In this document: one piece after another, positions 48,072 to 62,446 of the stretch
How the letters are laid out: every line of letters begins with the position of its first letter
Position numbering within the stretch: position 1 is the stretch's first letter
From: the human T2T-CHM13v2.0 reference genome, Homo sapiens
Reading direction: 5' to 3' (one strand)
DNA length: 64,000 bases
NCBI RefSeq assembly: GCF_009914755.1
Contig: NC_060926.1
The notes under the pieces: generated by a model
Told to the model about the DNA's origin: nothing
The model's input: the letters and a program-made list of their open reading frames with translations, nothing else
Databases searched by the model: none
Translations under genes and position numbers: made by a program

Positions 48072-49846
48072 TGCTCTGCTCTGTTTTGTGAGGGGTCCAA
48101 TGTCGGCCTTCAAGTGGCCTCAAAAATCAGAAATACAGACATGTGTGAAGCAACTTGATATAAGACAGCACAGGGTGGTGGGAGCCAGGGTGAGCTAGAG
48201 AACATACTCCTCTTAGAGGTGTTCAAGTTTTATAAAACATGACACTCCCCAAATGAAATACCCCTGAAGATCTGACTTGTCTTATCAGATGCCTGTTTTC
48301 AAATTCAAGTCACAGTGCCACCATGACTATCCCTAATTTATTCAGTGGTATATCAGGCATTAGCTATTCACTGAAAACTGGTAACCTTAATCACTGTTCC
48401 TTGAAGGAAATATTTTTACTCCCTGTTGTAAAGACTTTGAATAGTTATTCATACCCCCTTCTGTGAACATGAGAAAATTATACTTTCTCACCCTCTTTCA
48501 GTTAAGCAAAGCTACTAATTCCGGCCAATTATGAGTGCATTTAACTGCTAGTACAAGGCTGTACAACATTTGCTTTTGGGTCCACAGTGATTACAGAGGA
48601 GGCCTCATGTTGAGATGGCTGAGTCTAAAAACAGGCAACCTTGATCTTGTGTGCTTATTGGGAGGATAGTATTGGAGAGACAAATACGGTCACAGCAAAC
48701 TGCATATATGGGACAGTTCACATTTTGAGATTACTTGTTACTGTAACACAGATTAGCCCGTCCTAACCAAAATGATCCCATAACAAATAACATTCAGATT
48801 GTCTAAGGCTAATGATGGAGATACAATTTCAATAGGGGTTAAGGCATTGGACTTCATAGTCCCATTTCACAATATTGACCAAGATTTACATTCTCCCTGG
48901 GGGTGGCTCTACAACTGATGGAATCACAATACTCTCGGTCTTGGGGGAATGCGCCATTGCCTCCTACCACTGGACACACAATTCTTCTCTTAACTTAAAC
49001 TATATGGTCCTTAAGGGTAGAGCGCATATTTTAGCAGCTAAAAAGTTTTGAGCCCTGAAGTGGGCATGCCAAGTATGGTGTTAAGTGCTTTGCATAATTT
49101 TTATTTTAAATGCTCAGAGAAACCATAGAAGAGAAGTGTAATCATCCTTCATTTCATTGCTAAGGAAACTGGAGCTGAGGGAGTCTAACTGAAATGCATA
49201 GCTAGATCTTGATGAAACCTAAACTGACTTTGGCAGCAAAGCCCGAGCCAAGCTCAGGCAGAGGGCTTTGTCCTTCTTTCTTCCAAACTGCCTGGGACTC
49301 AGCTTCTGGGTTTCTGGGTTTTATTTGTTGTTGTTATTTGCTTGTTTCAATCTGTGAAGCCTGCTCTCCTCTTGATGATTAGAAACTGTGAGTGCATGTC
49401 TTCTTTAGAGGAAGTGGCTTGTGGTCTTGCCCTGTGATCCTCTGATAAGAATAGGTTCTCAGAAATACAACCCAATAGACCAAACTTTCACACGAAGATA
49501 TGAAATGAGAGAAGAAGGAAGGAGAAGACAGACTGATAGAGTTCTTCATACACATGCAAGATGGGGAAAGGAAAAAGAGGAATTTGCATTCTTTCATTGG
49601 ACTATTACATTCTTTCATGTCTAATGCCAAACATACAAATATGATAATATAATAAGAGAGTAACAAAAGTGGTGTGAGCACAGCTCAGCAGAAAGATTGG
49701 CTAACCCAGGGGAGTGACAGAAATGTTACTAGAGGTGTCAGTGGTGCACTGGAGTTTAAAATAGTAGGAGAAGTTTTCCAGGCCGTCAACGTGTGGGGAT
49801 TTGATGAGAGTGTTTGCGTTTGTTATTGTTGTTGATGGTGGTGGCG

Positions 49847-49847
<1 letters not shown>

Positions 49848-49889
<42 letters not shown>

Positions 49890-49903
49890 AAGAGAGAGAG
49901 AGA
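49848..49903. repeat. (TG)n followed by (GA)n microsatellite
   Basis: Direct inspection. Confidence 0.95.
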
Positions 49904-50289
49904 GGAGTTTTTAAGTACTGTATGTATTTTAAGGAGATTGAATAATCTAAGGTGAGGAGCATTTAAAATAATAGCAGAATAAAAGTTAAATACTTAGAAA
50001 CATACAGCAATGAAACAAAATGACCTCTAAAGGGCCTTTTAAGTATGTTTCCATCCAGAAAGGGTCTCTATAGCCCCTATTTTTATTTTTTATTCCCATT
50101 ATCCCCCAGAACTTTCCATTCTTAGGTGGCATCCAAGATTCTGTCCATTCCTGCTCAAGCCCACCTGCCACCTTTATCCATAACAGATAAACCTCCTGGT
50201 CCTACCAAGCCAGACAATCTATTGTCAGGAAAATGTTTTATGATTCTCTTCTTCTGTAATCTTGCTGGAGCTCACTTTCCCCATCTTAC

Positions 50290-50690
50290 TGTCTCAGGTC
50301 AGGTTCCCTGGGAAACAGACTCTGAGATGGAGGTTGGTGGTTAAGAGATGCTTAGGAAGGGTTCCTGTAGAAGAATGAGGACACAGGGGAGCTGGGATGC
50401 ATTTGCTGGGGAACTCTGGGGCTAGGGAGCCCTTCAGTGTTGTCCCAAGGTATGCCAAGCGATTCTCAGAAATACAACCCAATAGACCAAACTTTCACAC
50501 AAAGATATGAAATGAGACATATGTTATGTCCCAGGCAAGCAGTTTTGGAAGGAGTTTTGCAGGAGGCAGCTACCTTTGGCCAAGATTGATTCCTGGGATG
50601 TGAGCCTTCCACAGCCAACAGTCCCAGCTCACGGGATAATGACTGCCTTGGTTCTGTAGGGAATCTTCATGAAGCATTCAAGCATCCACC
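50290..50690 (-). mobile_element. Old ERVL-type LTR remnant (LTR16/LTR33-like)
   Basis: tgtctcaggtcaggttccctgggaaacagactctgagatggag terminal motif; boundaries approximate. Confidence 0.45.
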
Positions 50691-52024
50691 TTGCGATATA
50701 TCACCTGAGCCCTGTTCAGTAGGTGGAATAGCAAGTCCTGTTTCTCCCCCATAGCTCTTTATTTTAAACCTCACGTGTTACCATGTGGCAGCATCCACTA
50801 GGAATGAGCTGTGGGCACCTGAGTTGTTGCCCAGGACACAGACCTGGATTGTGTACTGTGTTCCCCTTGCACCTATCTGCTACCTGAATTTCTTCCAGGT
50901 TCCCATCTTTTCCTAGCTCTTGGCTATCTGCCTCAACTGTGCTCTCATGTCTAAGACTGAATGACTTACTCTGCCTACCTAGTATTGTACTTGGGCTCTC
51001 CTTCAAGACTCAAGTACCTGTGAATTACTGCTACTCAAAACCAGTTTACAGTGAATGTGTTAGCTTTAGTTGTTAGTTTAGGCAAGACCATGCTGGCATA
51101 ACAAATAAACCCTAAAATTTCAATAGCTTAACACATGCAGGTTCATGTTCTCCTGAGGATCATCCTACCAGTGGGCAACCCACAGATCCAGCTGACTCCA
51201 TTTGGTGGTCCCACCACCTCAATATGTGGCTCTGTTATCACTGGGATGGTGATGGGCAAGTTCAGTGTCATGAAGGTCTTTCTCATTGCCTTGGCTCAAA
51301 AGTGAGGCTTATGTCTACAGTCTATGGAACAAAATGAGTCACATGCCCTGACCTGACTGTGAGGGGGCCAGAAAATCTGGGAAAATGCATGGCTATTTAG
51401 TGAGCATTAAATGTTTGCCCACAATGAGGTCTGTCTGCTGTTAAATATAATCATTCTTTGAGACTTGAGAAAGCCTTTAAAAATTCTGTCAAGCCCCAAG
51501 GGCCATATTCAATTGATTACTATAGAAAAGCAGTGTAATAAAAAGTTAAAAGACCTCTGAATCAGCCTTCTGTAATATTACCATGTGTGCCTTGAGCAAG
51601 CAGGGATCCTGGATCTGGCATGGCCTCGGTAAACCTCAGTGTTCCCATAAGTGAAGTGAAAAGATCAGACAAAACTTTCTCTTGGGTCCTTTTCAGTTCT
51701 AAGTAGAATCTACGGAGCTTGCATTTGAGCCATGCATAGAAGATCCGGTTAATAAAGAACCACAGAAGATTCATTTCTTTCATTCAACAAATTTTTATGA
51801 AGTGCCTAGAACTTATCTTGCCATTGCTGGATATGATGGCAAACAAGAGAGACGCGTCTCTACTTTCTGGGAGAATGCTAGGAAAAATATCTTTACTTTT
51901 TAATTCACATGTTAATATTTTCATTTATTGTCATTTATCTTGCCACCTTTGTATAACACTTTTATTTTTATTATAACCCTTGTTCTCTAAGTTGCAGTCA
52001 TGAGTAGTCACCTTCCATGCACTT

Positions 52025-53045
52025 GTATTAGTTTGCTAGGCCTGGTGAAACAAAGTACCACCTTCTGAGTGGCTTAAACCACAGAAATGTATCATCTCAC
52101 AGTTCTGGAGGTGTATTAGGGTTCCTCAGAGACACAGAATCAATAGGATAGAGATAGATAGATAGATAGACTAGATAGATGATTGATAGATGGATAGATA
52201 GATAGATAGATAGGAGATTTATTATGGGAATTGGCTTACATAATTATGGAGGCCAAGAAGTCCCACGATCTGCCGTCTGCAAGCTGGAGACCCTGAAAAG
52301 CTGGTGGTGGAATTCAGTCAGAGGCCAAAGGGCGGAGAACCTAGGGGTGGAGTAGGGAGGGGGAAGCACGCTCTCATGTAAGTGCTGGAATCCTGAGGCC
52401 CGAGAACCAGGAGCTCTGAAGTCAGGGGGCAGGAGAAGATGGATGTGCCAGCTGGAACAGAAGGAGCATATGTGCCCTTCCTCCTGTTTGTTCGCGCTCT
52501 CCAGAGATAGGGTGATGCACGTGGGTGAGGGCAGATCTTCTTTACTCTAAGGATTCAAATGCTGATCTTGTCCAGAAACACTCTGAGAGATGCACACAGA
52601 CATACTGTCTTACCAGCTATCTGGGCATCCCTTAACCCAGTCAAGCTGCCACTTAACATTAACCATCACAGGGGGCTAGAAGTCTAAGTCAAAGCTTTGG
52701 CAAGATTGGTTCCTTTTGAGGGCTGTGAGGAAGAATCTGGTCCAGGCTCCTCCACCAGCTGCCGGTGCTTTGCTGGTCATCTTTGGCATTTCTTGGCTTG
52801 TAGAAGCATCACCCAAATCTTTGACTTCAGTTCACATGGTGTTCTCCTTGTGTGTGTCTGCGTCCAAATTTCCCCTTTACATAAGGACACCAGTCATATT
52901 GGATTAAAGCCCACTCCAGTATGATCTCCTCTTAACTAATCATATCTGCAATGACCCTATTTCCAAAGAAGGTCACATTCTGGGGTACTGGGGCTTAGAA
53001 CTTCAGTATACGAATTTTAAGGAGGCACAAGGTGTCCGTGACAGT
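52025..53045 (-). mobile_element. MLT1C-like MaLR LTR split by a nested MLT2 LTR
   Basis: ctcacagttctggagg (to 52111) resumes as gggggctagaagtctaag (from 52671). Confidence 0.75.
52112..52670 (-). mobile_element. MLT2 (ERVL) solo LTR containing a (GATA)n microsatellite (52147-52212)
   Basis: tgtattagggttcctcagagacacagaatcaatagg...aaccatcaca termini; TSD GGAGG/GGGGG. Confidence 0.8.
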
Positions 53046-53256
53046 GCTGTGTTAAGTGACTGGAAGGATGAATTTCCTTTTTCACTTGCACTTTCTTTCT
53101 TGAAGTTTTGTTTGAAGCTGCTTGAAGACATCTCTGCATCCTGTCTTATGTGGATGCTACTCCCACTGCAGAGATTATTCGAGAGGTTGGAAAGGTTGGA
53201 AAAGAAAGAGAGGATGCTTTTGAAGGGAGAAGGGTAAGAGTACAGACAAGGGAAGC

Positions 53257-53610
53257 TGTATTAGTCTGTCTGTTCTCACACTGCCAATAGAGACATGCCT
53301 GAGACTAGGTAATTTATAAAGAAAAAGAGGTTTAATGGACTCACAGTTCCACATAACTGGGGAGGCCTCACAATCACGGCGGAAGGCAAGGAGGAGCAAA
53401 GTCACAGCAGGCAAGAACATTTGCAGGGGAACTCCCCTTTATAAAACCATCAGATCTCATAAAACTTATTCACTGTCACGAGAACGGCACAGGAAAGACC
53501 CACCCCCATGATTCAGTTACCTCTCACCTGATCCCTCCCATGACATACGAGAATTATGGGAGCTACAATTCAAGATGAGATTCAGGTGGAGAGAGAGCCA
53601 GACTGTATCA
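53257..53610 (-). mobile_element. THE1 solo LTR
   Basis: TGTATTAGTC...GTATCA termini, 354 bp, perfect 5-bp TSD GAAGC. Confidence 0.9.
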
Positions 53611-53937
53611 GAAGCTTTGCCAAGAAGACCCGGAGAGTAGCAGGAACTCTCCTCTGTTCTTTGGCATTACCCTGTGAAGGCTGTGTGGCTCACCTGGGGA
53701 CTGTGCCTCTGGCAGGAAAGTCTTGTGCTGTCTGCTCCTGAGAGAAGGCATGGCTTCTGGAATGAAATGATCAGTAGCACAGATGGGCTGAAGATGAGAC
53801 GTTACATTCCACATTCCCAGAACCATAATATCCCCCAGATTCCTCTGTGTCCTTAAGGAGAGAAAGTCAGAATGAGAACTGACATTTGATTTCCTGCTAC
53901 TCTAGAGAAACAAGAAATGGAATTTGTTAATTTTTAA

Positions 53938-54332
<395 letters not shown>

Positions 54333-55799
54333 CCTTGTCTAATTTTTTAAAAAAAATTCAAGTGTGGGTCTTGAGCTTCCCTTGATTTTCTGTCTAGAAG
54401 AGAAGTGTCAGAACGGCTATCTGCTTTCCCAGCTTCTGGGCCATTTGCTGCAGCACTGAGTCGCCAGCCTGCTTCGCATGAGCAGGGAAATTTTGCCCAT
54501 CTAGGTAATCAGGAAGAGCTTGTTCAATGAGTGAAGGGTGAGTCATACTGCATTGGCACAAACTCTTGGCAACAATGAGTGTCCTTTACAATGGGCTCTA
54601 TGGGACAGCCCTCTGGGGGAGATGGGCCAGCCAGACCTGAGTAAGGGGCTGGACTGAAAACTGACAGTGACAGGTGGAAGTGAACTTGAGAGACCCAACA
54701 AACTTCTTGTTGGAGAGAACTAGGACAGCTGCTCAGAGGCAAAGCTCAGAGTAGAGGATTTCACTCAGTATTTATTGAGCACTTATTATGTTCAAGGCCC
54801 TAAGAGGGAATATGTAGAAAAATGCTGTTCTCTAGAATCGTAAGATCTAAGCATCAGAAAGTGAATGCCACAAACATTAAGTGTGGCAGATGCCATGATC
54901 AACACAGACAAAGACTAAGTATTACACCAGCTCAGAGATCAGAGATCTAGGGATGGGGAACTCCATGATAGGCCGGGAAGTCTTTGCAGGGAAATCTGCA
55001 TCTGAGTGCCTTTTGAGGCCTGCTGCAAACAAAACTTTCAATGCCAGTGTCCCCTCTCACTATCTCCCCAACAATGGTTGCATTCACAAAGACAGAGCAG
55101 GGGAATGAAGTCACATGTATTACCACATGAGCAATTACAAGTCTCAGTTGGGTCAGGGCATTTTTGCACCTTAACTCTCTTCCTGCAGCCCCAGATGCTC
55201 CTTTGCAGTCCCCCAGCTTGAGTGTTATACGTCTGTGTTCCATGAGAATGCCTGCATCTTAATACAGACCCCTTTATTGTGGGGAACACAGCACAACGTC
55301 TGTGCATTTGCAGTCACCCACCTGTGCATCCCCTGAATCCTTCATTCATAAGTAGTACTCAACCAGGAACTTCTTTGGTATCCCAGCTCGGACACGGGAG
55401 GTGTGAATATATTTTTCATAAAGCCCAGGCCTTTATGCAGAACGATTTTCATCCTCTAGTGAGAGGCTGAAGTAACAAAGTGCTGTTGTTAAGATTCTTC
55501 CCATTGTGCATTTTTCTTGAATAATGACATTTCTAAAAAGAATCTGAAACCGAGGCATTAGAAGGCAAGTGCTCGTTCATATATTTGAAGAGGTCAAATA
55601 TTTACCAGAATAACTTCTCAATACAGAGGGGACAGATTTATTTTATTTTACTATAAAGATGTATGTGTAGCAGAAGACAAATTATGCAGAGCTTTGAGTT
55701 AGTTAAGAATCATCTGATTTAATTCTTTGGAGAAATGAGACAAATTGTAGCTAAGGACTATGGAGTTGTTTTAGTTTGCCAGTTATATTTAATTTGACT

Positions 55800-55963
55800 A
55801 TTTCTTTATTTATTGAGAGACAAAGTCTCACTCTGCTGCCCAGGCTGGAGTGCAGTGATGCAAACACAGCTCACTTCAGCCTTGACCTCCTGGGCTCAAG
55901 CAGTCCTCCTGCCTTGGCCTCCCAAAGTGCTGGGCTTACAGGTGTAAGCCATGGCACTTGGCC
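55800..55963 (-). mobile_element. Alu monomer (FRAM/FLAM-like or recombined AluJ)
   Basis: ~160-bp single-arm antisense Alu-like sequence. Confidence 0.75.
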
Positions 55964-56499
55964 TATTTGACTTGTTTAATCCCTCCGAAGAACTCATACA
56001 TACTATTGCCACCTCATTTTCCACGTAAGAAAATGGAAACACGAAGACCTTAATAACTTGCTTAATGGCTAGTAGGTGGTAGAGCTTGAATTTAGACCAC
56101 ACAGTGTGGAGGGTATGCTATTAAGGAAAAACGATGTTCTAGTGGGGTTTCCATTTAATATTGCAGAAAAAAGAATCTATATATTTAAGAAGGTGTTATT
56201 TCATGCACACTCGTAGGTTTTGTTCATATATGCACATCTGACGTATAATTTAACATTTGTGTAACTTCAAGCTTCTATGGGGAGTGGCAGAAGATGCAGG
56301 AATTCTATTAATACCTTCGCAGATCTTAGATTCCAACAAGCTGGATACCTTAAGAAAAATAAAGAAATTGCTGTGCTTGGATCCCAGATGTCCATTCCAC
56401 CTTTTGGGACCTCCCGGGGGGCCCTCTTTTCTTCATCCTTCAAGACAAGGATAGTGGGGTGAACAGACAGACTTTCCTTGCGAGGGTTGGCTCAGGAAG

Positions 56500-57800
56500 G
56501 CTCTGGGCTCATCTCACAGCCGCCCCAGCGAGGGTCGGGGAGGCAGGTGCTGGCTCCGGTGGGGTCTGCGGCAGAGCAGGACTGGAGCCCAGGGCGCAGC
56601 TGCACAGCTCAACGCCGGTTCGCGCCCTGGTTTACAGCGTTGGGCTGGGTCACCCCTTCTTTCCTAGCTTGCTGCTGTGTGTTCCCTCGGTGTAGGAATC
56701 AGGGGAGTGTCTTCTGGAGGCCACTAAAGCAGGAATAGCATTTTCATGTTAGCGTGCACGGGCGGTCTCCGCAGCCCCTCCTCGTGCCGGAGCCTGTCCT
56801 GGGGCCTGCGGGGCGGCTCCGGGCCTCGGGCCGGCGCAGGCGGGCGGCAGGGGGCGCTGTGCGGCTCGGCGCGGGGGCGGGGCCGGGGCCGAGCCTCCCG
56901 CGTGCCCGGCCTCTGTGCGCGCTCGCGCCCCGCCCGCGCAGCCGCTTCTCCCCGCGCGGGCTCTCGGCAGGCGGGAGGCGGCAGGGCTGGCATTGCAGTG
57001 CGGGCCGTGCGGGCTGCGCGGGCGCGGGGAGGCGCGGGCGGCAAACTGCGGGCACCCGGCACCCCGCAGCCAGTACCGGGCGGAGGCGTCAGAGCCGCGC
57101 ACCGCGGACGAGCAGGCCCAGGTAGAGTGACGCGCGTCCCCTTTGTGTCCGCATCGCCCGGGCCGGCCGCGGAGCGGGGAGGGCGGGACGCGGCGCTGCG
57201 CGGCCGGCCTTGGGGCTCGGGGCTTGCGGCCGCGCCTGCCCCGCTGGGTCCTGCCCCGGCGCCCGGTGGCAGCGGGCGGGGGGCAGCGTCCCGGGCGGGG
57301 ACTCGCGGGCTCCGTTCAGAGGACGCCCGCCCTGCCCTGCCCGTGTCCCTGACCTCGTCCCTGCTCTGCTCCTGCCCTGCCCTGCCTCTCGCAGGCGGCG
57401 CCCGCGCCCCAGGGCAGTGGGCGCTTAGGGACCTGGCGTCCCCCTGCCTGCCCTGCGCGGTCGCGGGTCTGCGCTGCGGCGCGGGACAGGGCGCCCCGGG
57501 CCAGGGTCCCGCGGGCGAGCTGGCGGCGGGGGCTTTCAAGGTTCGCGGCCCCGCCCGCAGACCCTGGGGCTGGAGCCTCGGCCCCAAGAGGAGGTCTGGG
57601 AAAGGACGACGCGTCCGGGGCATCGCCACCGGCGGGGAAGGTCGGAACTGGCCAAGAGGATGCCCCGCACATCCCCTGCGCGCGGGGTCCGCGGCTGCTA
57701 CTGCCCCTGGTCCCCACCGCGAGCCCTTTCCCGGGGAATGAGCCGCCGCCCGAGCCCCGGAGTTCCCTGCGGGTCTTACCCACCCCAGCCTCCGGCCGCC
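56500..57800. promoter_or_regulatory. CpG-island promoter of the next gene (RNF144A by synteny)
   Basis: Extreme GC/CpG density; GC boxes GGGGCGGGGCCGGGGC at ~56874-56889; no TATA box. Confidence 0.85.
56915..57121 (+). other. RNF144A: Probable non-coding first exon of RNF144A
   Basis: Lies downstream of the GC boxes, has no ATG, and ends at donor CAG|GTAGAG (57121/57122). Identity rests on recalled gene order CMPK2-RSAD2-RNF144A; no RNF144A coding sequence is in the window and the start is approximate. Confidence 0.6.
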
Positions 57801-57993
57801 GACCCCAAGCCCCCTGCACTGTGCTTGGCTCCCAGCTGTTTGGTCGCTTATGCCATCCTGGAGGCTTCCTGGTCCTGGGGTGAAGGGGTGACTTCTTTAC
57901 CCTAATGGTCTTCGTAGGCAGGTCTCAGGATGTCCACTCCAAAGTTCGTGGTCTTTTTTCTAGAGAATAATAATTTTTAAAATCCATTGAACT

Positions 57994-58630
<637 letters not shown>

Positions 58631-61600
58631 TCAGGGTGTCCCTGCAAAGGGAGTCCCCTTTGCAAGGGAGGGGGTGTCTGAGTCAAAGCTTGCAGGTGGG
58701 GCAGGTCAGAGGTGGCAGGAAGGGCCTCTGTCCAGAGAGAGCTGCTCCAGCGCAGGAAGGGGGAGGGACAAGGTGTGTGACACCGTGAACTTTCCCAGGG
58801 GATTCACCCAGTGGCTCCAAAGGAGACAACAGCCTTTTTTATTGTATTCTCTTCTCCGGTACTGAGATTAGGGAACCTTGTTTTTTGCACTTTTCTAATG
58901 CCTTTTACATTTTTGTTTTTATTTTTAAAGCGTGCAAAGGAAATGTGACTAGAGGGGTCAGAAGAGGATAAATCATGAAATCTTTGAATTCTAGGCCAAG
59001 ACTTTGGGTTTGACTCTGTGTCAGTGGGAGCCATTGATGGTTTTGGAGGAGGAGGGTGATCTGAGCCCTGCTTTAGAGTGATTTCCGCGGTGTTGCGTGG
59101 AAGGGAAGGCATGGTGTGGTGTGCCTACTGTGGCTTCCGAGTCAGACCCCCACTGGCTGTGGGCTTCCACCTGCATCAGGCATCAAAGGCTGTGGATGGA
59201 TTGAGGACCTCATGAGAAAATGGGTGCAAATAACCCAATTTTAATGGGATGGAAATTTTCCAGACCCAGTGCAATTTGATTTTTGCAGTTTGTGTTTTTA
59301 AAGAGCTCCTGATTCTAATGTCAGCAACTCTGGAAGAGGAACTAATGAAGGGCAAACTCAAATGCACGATGCAGGCACCCCCAGGTCATCTGTGCCATGA
59401 GGATTTGGGAAACTCAAAGAGCATTGTAAAATGCATATATTTTATAAATAGATTCCAGTGCCCTCAGCTTGCTAGTTGGTAATCCCTGTATCCAGACTGT
59501 TGCTAGAGTAAGTCACGTCTCCTGGGGATTCAGTGTGGTTTGGGACTTTGAAGGGACCTCACACTGTTTGGCTGAAGCTGCTGAGGTTCAGGGGTAGAAG
59601 TGCCACTCTGGCAGGCGGCGGCAGGGTTGGGAGCTACAAGCTACGTTGCCTGCCTCTGAGAACATTCTTTCCCCTGTGGTCCACCACGTGGCCCCACTGC
59701 CTACTTTTGTTCACATTTCTCCCTCCTGGAAGCCTTTCCCTCTGGGGGTAGAGATGGGAAGGAAGCCTGCCCTTGGAGACTGACAATCACAGAACCAGGT
59801 GGGCCAGCACCCACCTGGCCTATGAACCCTTGTTGTAACCATGGGAACCTCGTAGCTTGGAAAGGAGGGGTCAGGTAGCCCAGGCCACATGAAAAGCTGT
59901 GGCTGGTCCAGCCCTGACATCAGCTTTTCTGGTTCTGTCTGCTGTCCCTTTTTTCCCATACCTCACTTGCAATAGAAGAGGATGAAGCCGTGCTCGCTGC
60001 CCTGCATGTTGGGTGGTCTGGAACCATTCAGGATGATATTGAGCCCTCAGACTCTCTTAGAGCAAGGAACCCCTGGCTTCACAGGATGTGGGATCTCAGA
60101 GGCAGCCCAGAGGCGGGGAATGGAATGGAGTGCTTCTAAGGAAGAGGGACTCTCCGTGTTTTCTCTGGGGAATTTTCTAACATTGAGATCGAAGAATGAA
60201 GTTGGAGGTGCCTTTCTTTTCTTTAAGAAGTAATCATTTCCAAGACTAGCCTCCTTTCTCCGTTGTTTCTGCATTACTGAAACACATGAATACCCTTTCT
60301 TAATTAGATGAAGAAATTAAATTGAAGCCACTGCTCACATACCTGCTGGGTAGTGGGGCTGAAGGATAGAGCTTATTACAATTTCCTGACCCAGCTATCT
60401 GGCCCTGGGCCAGCGTCTTAACCTCCCTGGATGGCTCCAGTTTTTTGAGGATAAAACTGAGGTGTTGGTGTAAATATTTTCCAAGATCCAGAAATAAAAA
60501 TGTACTGTTGGATCATATTTTTTTTCCAGGAGAATAAATATTACAGGACGACTCACCAAGTACAACCATTCGTAAGGGTTTGTTTGTTTCCCAAGAGAAA
60601 ATATTTTAACTTTCAGAAGAGTGGATTTTTTCCAAAGTGAAATGGTGAGAAATGAAGCTTTGAGGAGGGTGGCTCATTGCTGATAGGAGCCTTCACCTTG
60701 CTTCACTCCACAAATAACCCAAGACCTGAATTTAAAGGTGCTTACTTCCTGGATGTTCCGTAGAACTGGAAGGCAGGCTTTCTCTAAGGAGCAGGCTTAT
60801 AAGCTGGATGCAGTGTTCCAGACAAAAGCAAGCTCCTTGGTGGCATGCAGTGTGTCAACCAGTATTTTATCATCTCAGGTGTGTTTGGCACTAGAGGTGG
60901 AGGAGGTGGTTGATACTCATTATGGATTTGCCTGATCTTCAGGGCTTTGCTTGCATCGTGGATGCAGTTCTCACACAGCCCTGCAGCACAGGCATATGTT
61001 GCTATCCCTAGCTGACAGAGGAGCAGAGTGAAGCAGAGAGCAGGGATGTTGTCCAACATCGCACACACATCGTCAATTTTGAAGCCTGGCTTTGAACCCA
61101 GAGGCCTGCAGATAAGGATAGATCCCATGACCTTGAGGAGGCTGTAGTCTAGGGAGCGGGAAGCTCAAACATTAACAGATTGAACCGTGGGGTCAGGGCA
61201 GCATGGGAGGTCAGGGCAGAGAGCAGTGGGACCCACAGGAGGGTGCCTGGATCAGCCCCGGGTGGCAGGGAGGCTGCCTGCTGGGGCGATGCTGTTGGTC
61301 TGGGATGGGAGGGACGGGTCAGAGTTAGCTAGGCAAATTAAGAGGGACAAGGTCACATTCTGGGCCTGGGAACAGCAAGAAACAGCCTGGGGTGGACAGG
61401 GAACTTAGGACCAGCACACAGGGCCGAGCTCCCCAGCTGCCTTACCATTGGCCTTTTTAGGATGGCTGGTGGTCTCTGAGCTGTTTGGACCCAGATTTCC
61501 ATGTGTAATACAGCCGCTTTCATTACTGGCATCTCCTGGAAGGTCCCATCAGTGCATTTTCCTTTTCACTGTTTTGTTTTGGAGCGTCTTTCCCTATCTG

Positions 61601-62097
61601 TGTTCCCTCCATTTCCTTTCCTCCTCCTCCAGTTCTACCTGGTGGGAGAGTGAGTTCAGGGAAAGATCAGGGGAACCACCCATAGCGACCATTGTTTTTA
61701 CAGTCAGTCACCTTGCTCCCATGTCTTCCGAGTGACCCATAGTTGACTGGGGCCAGCGACTGGGAACCTCCGAACTAGACATTAGCCCCGTGCATGTGCT
61801 GGATATGGCCGTGCAGGCTCTGGGGGCTTCTGCCTATGGGAGCCTGTGGGAGCAAAAGGGAAGGGTTCCAAGTCCTGAAAGTGGATGTTGTCAGAGTCTC
61901 TTTATTGATTGAACGGGCTTTTGTGTCTGTCCAAGGACTGTGCACATCTCTTACAACATTGTGTTCCTGGGAATACTTTTTAGGTTTCCCAAGAACTGCT
62001 TTCAGGTAATTCTGTGGAGCAGGGCATGTTTATTGTTGATGCATGGTGTGTTAAGGTCCTCTGGAGGGCAGAGGAGTGCAGAATGCAGCAAGCTTGA

Positions 62098-62446
<349 letters not shown>

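Noticed and set aside
56724-57819. 301-aa and 331-aa ORFs in the right-hand CpG island
   Set aside because: Low-complexity GC artefacts; no RING/IBR motifs, so not RNF144A coding sequence.
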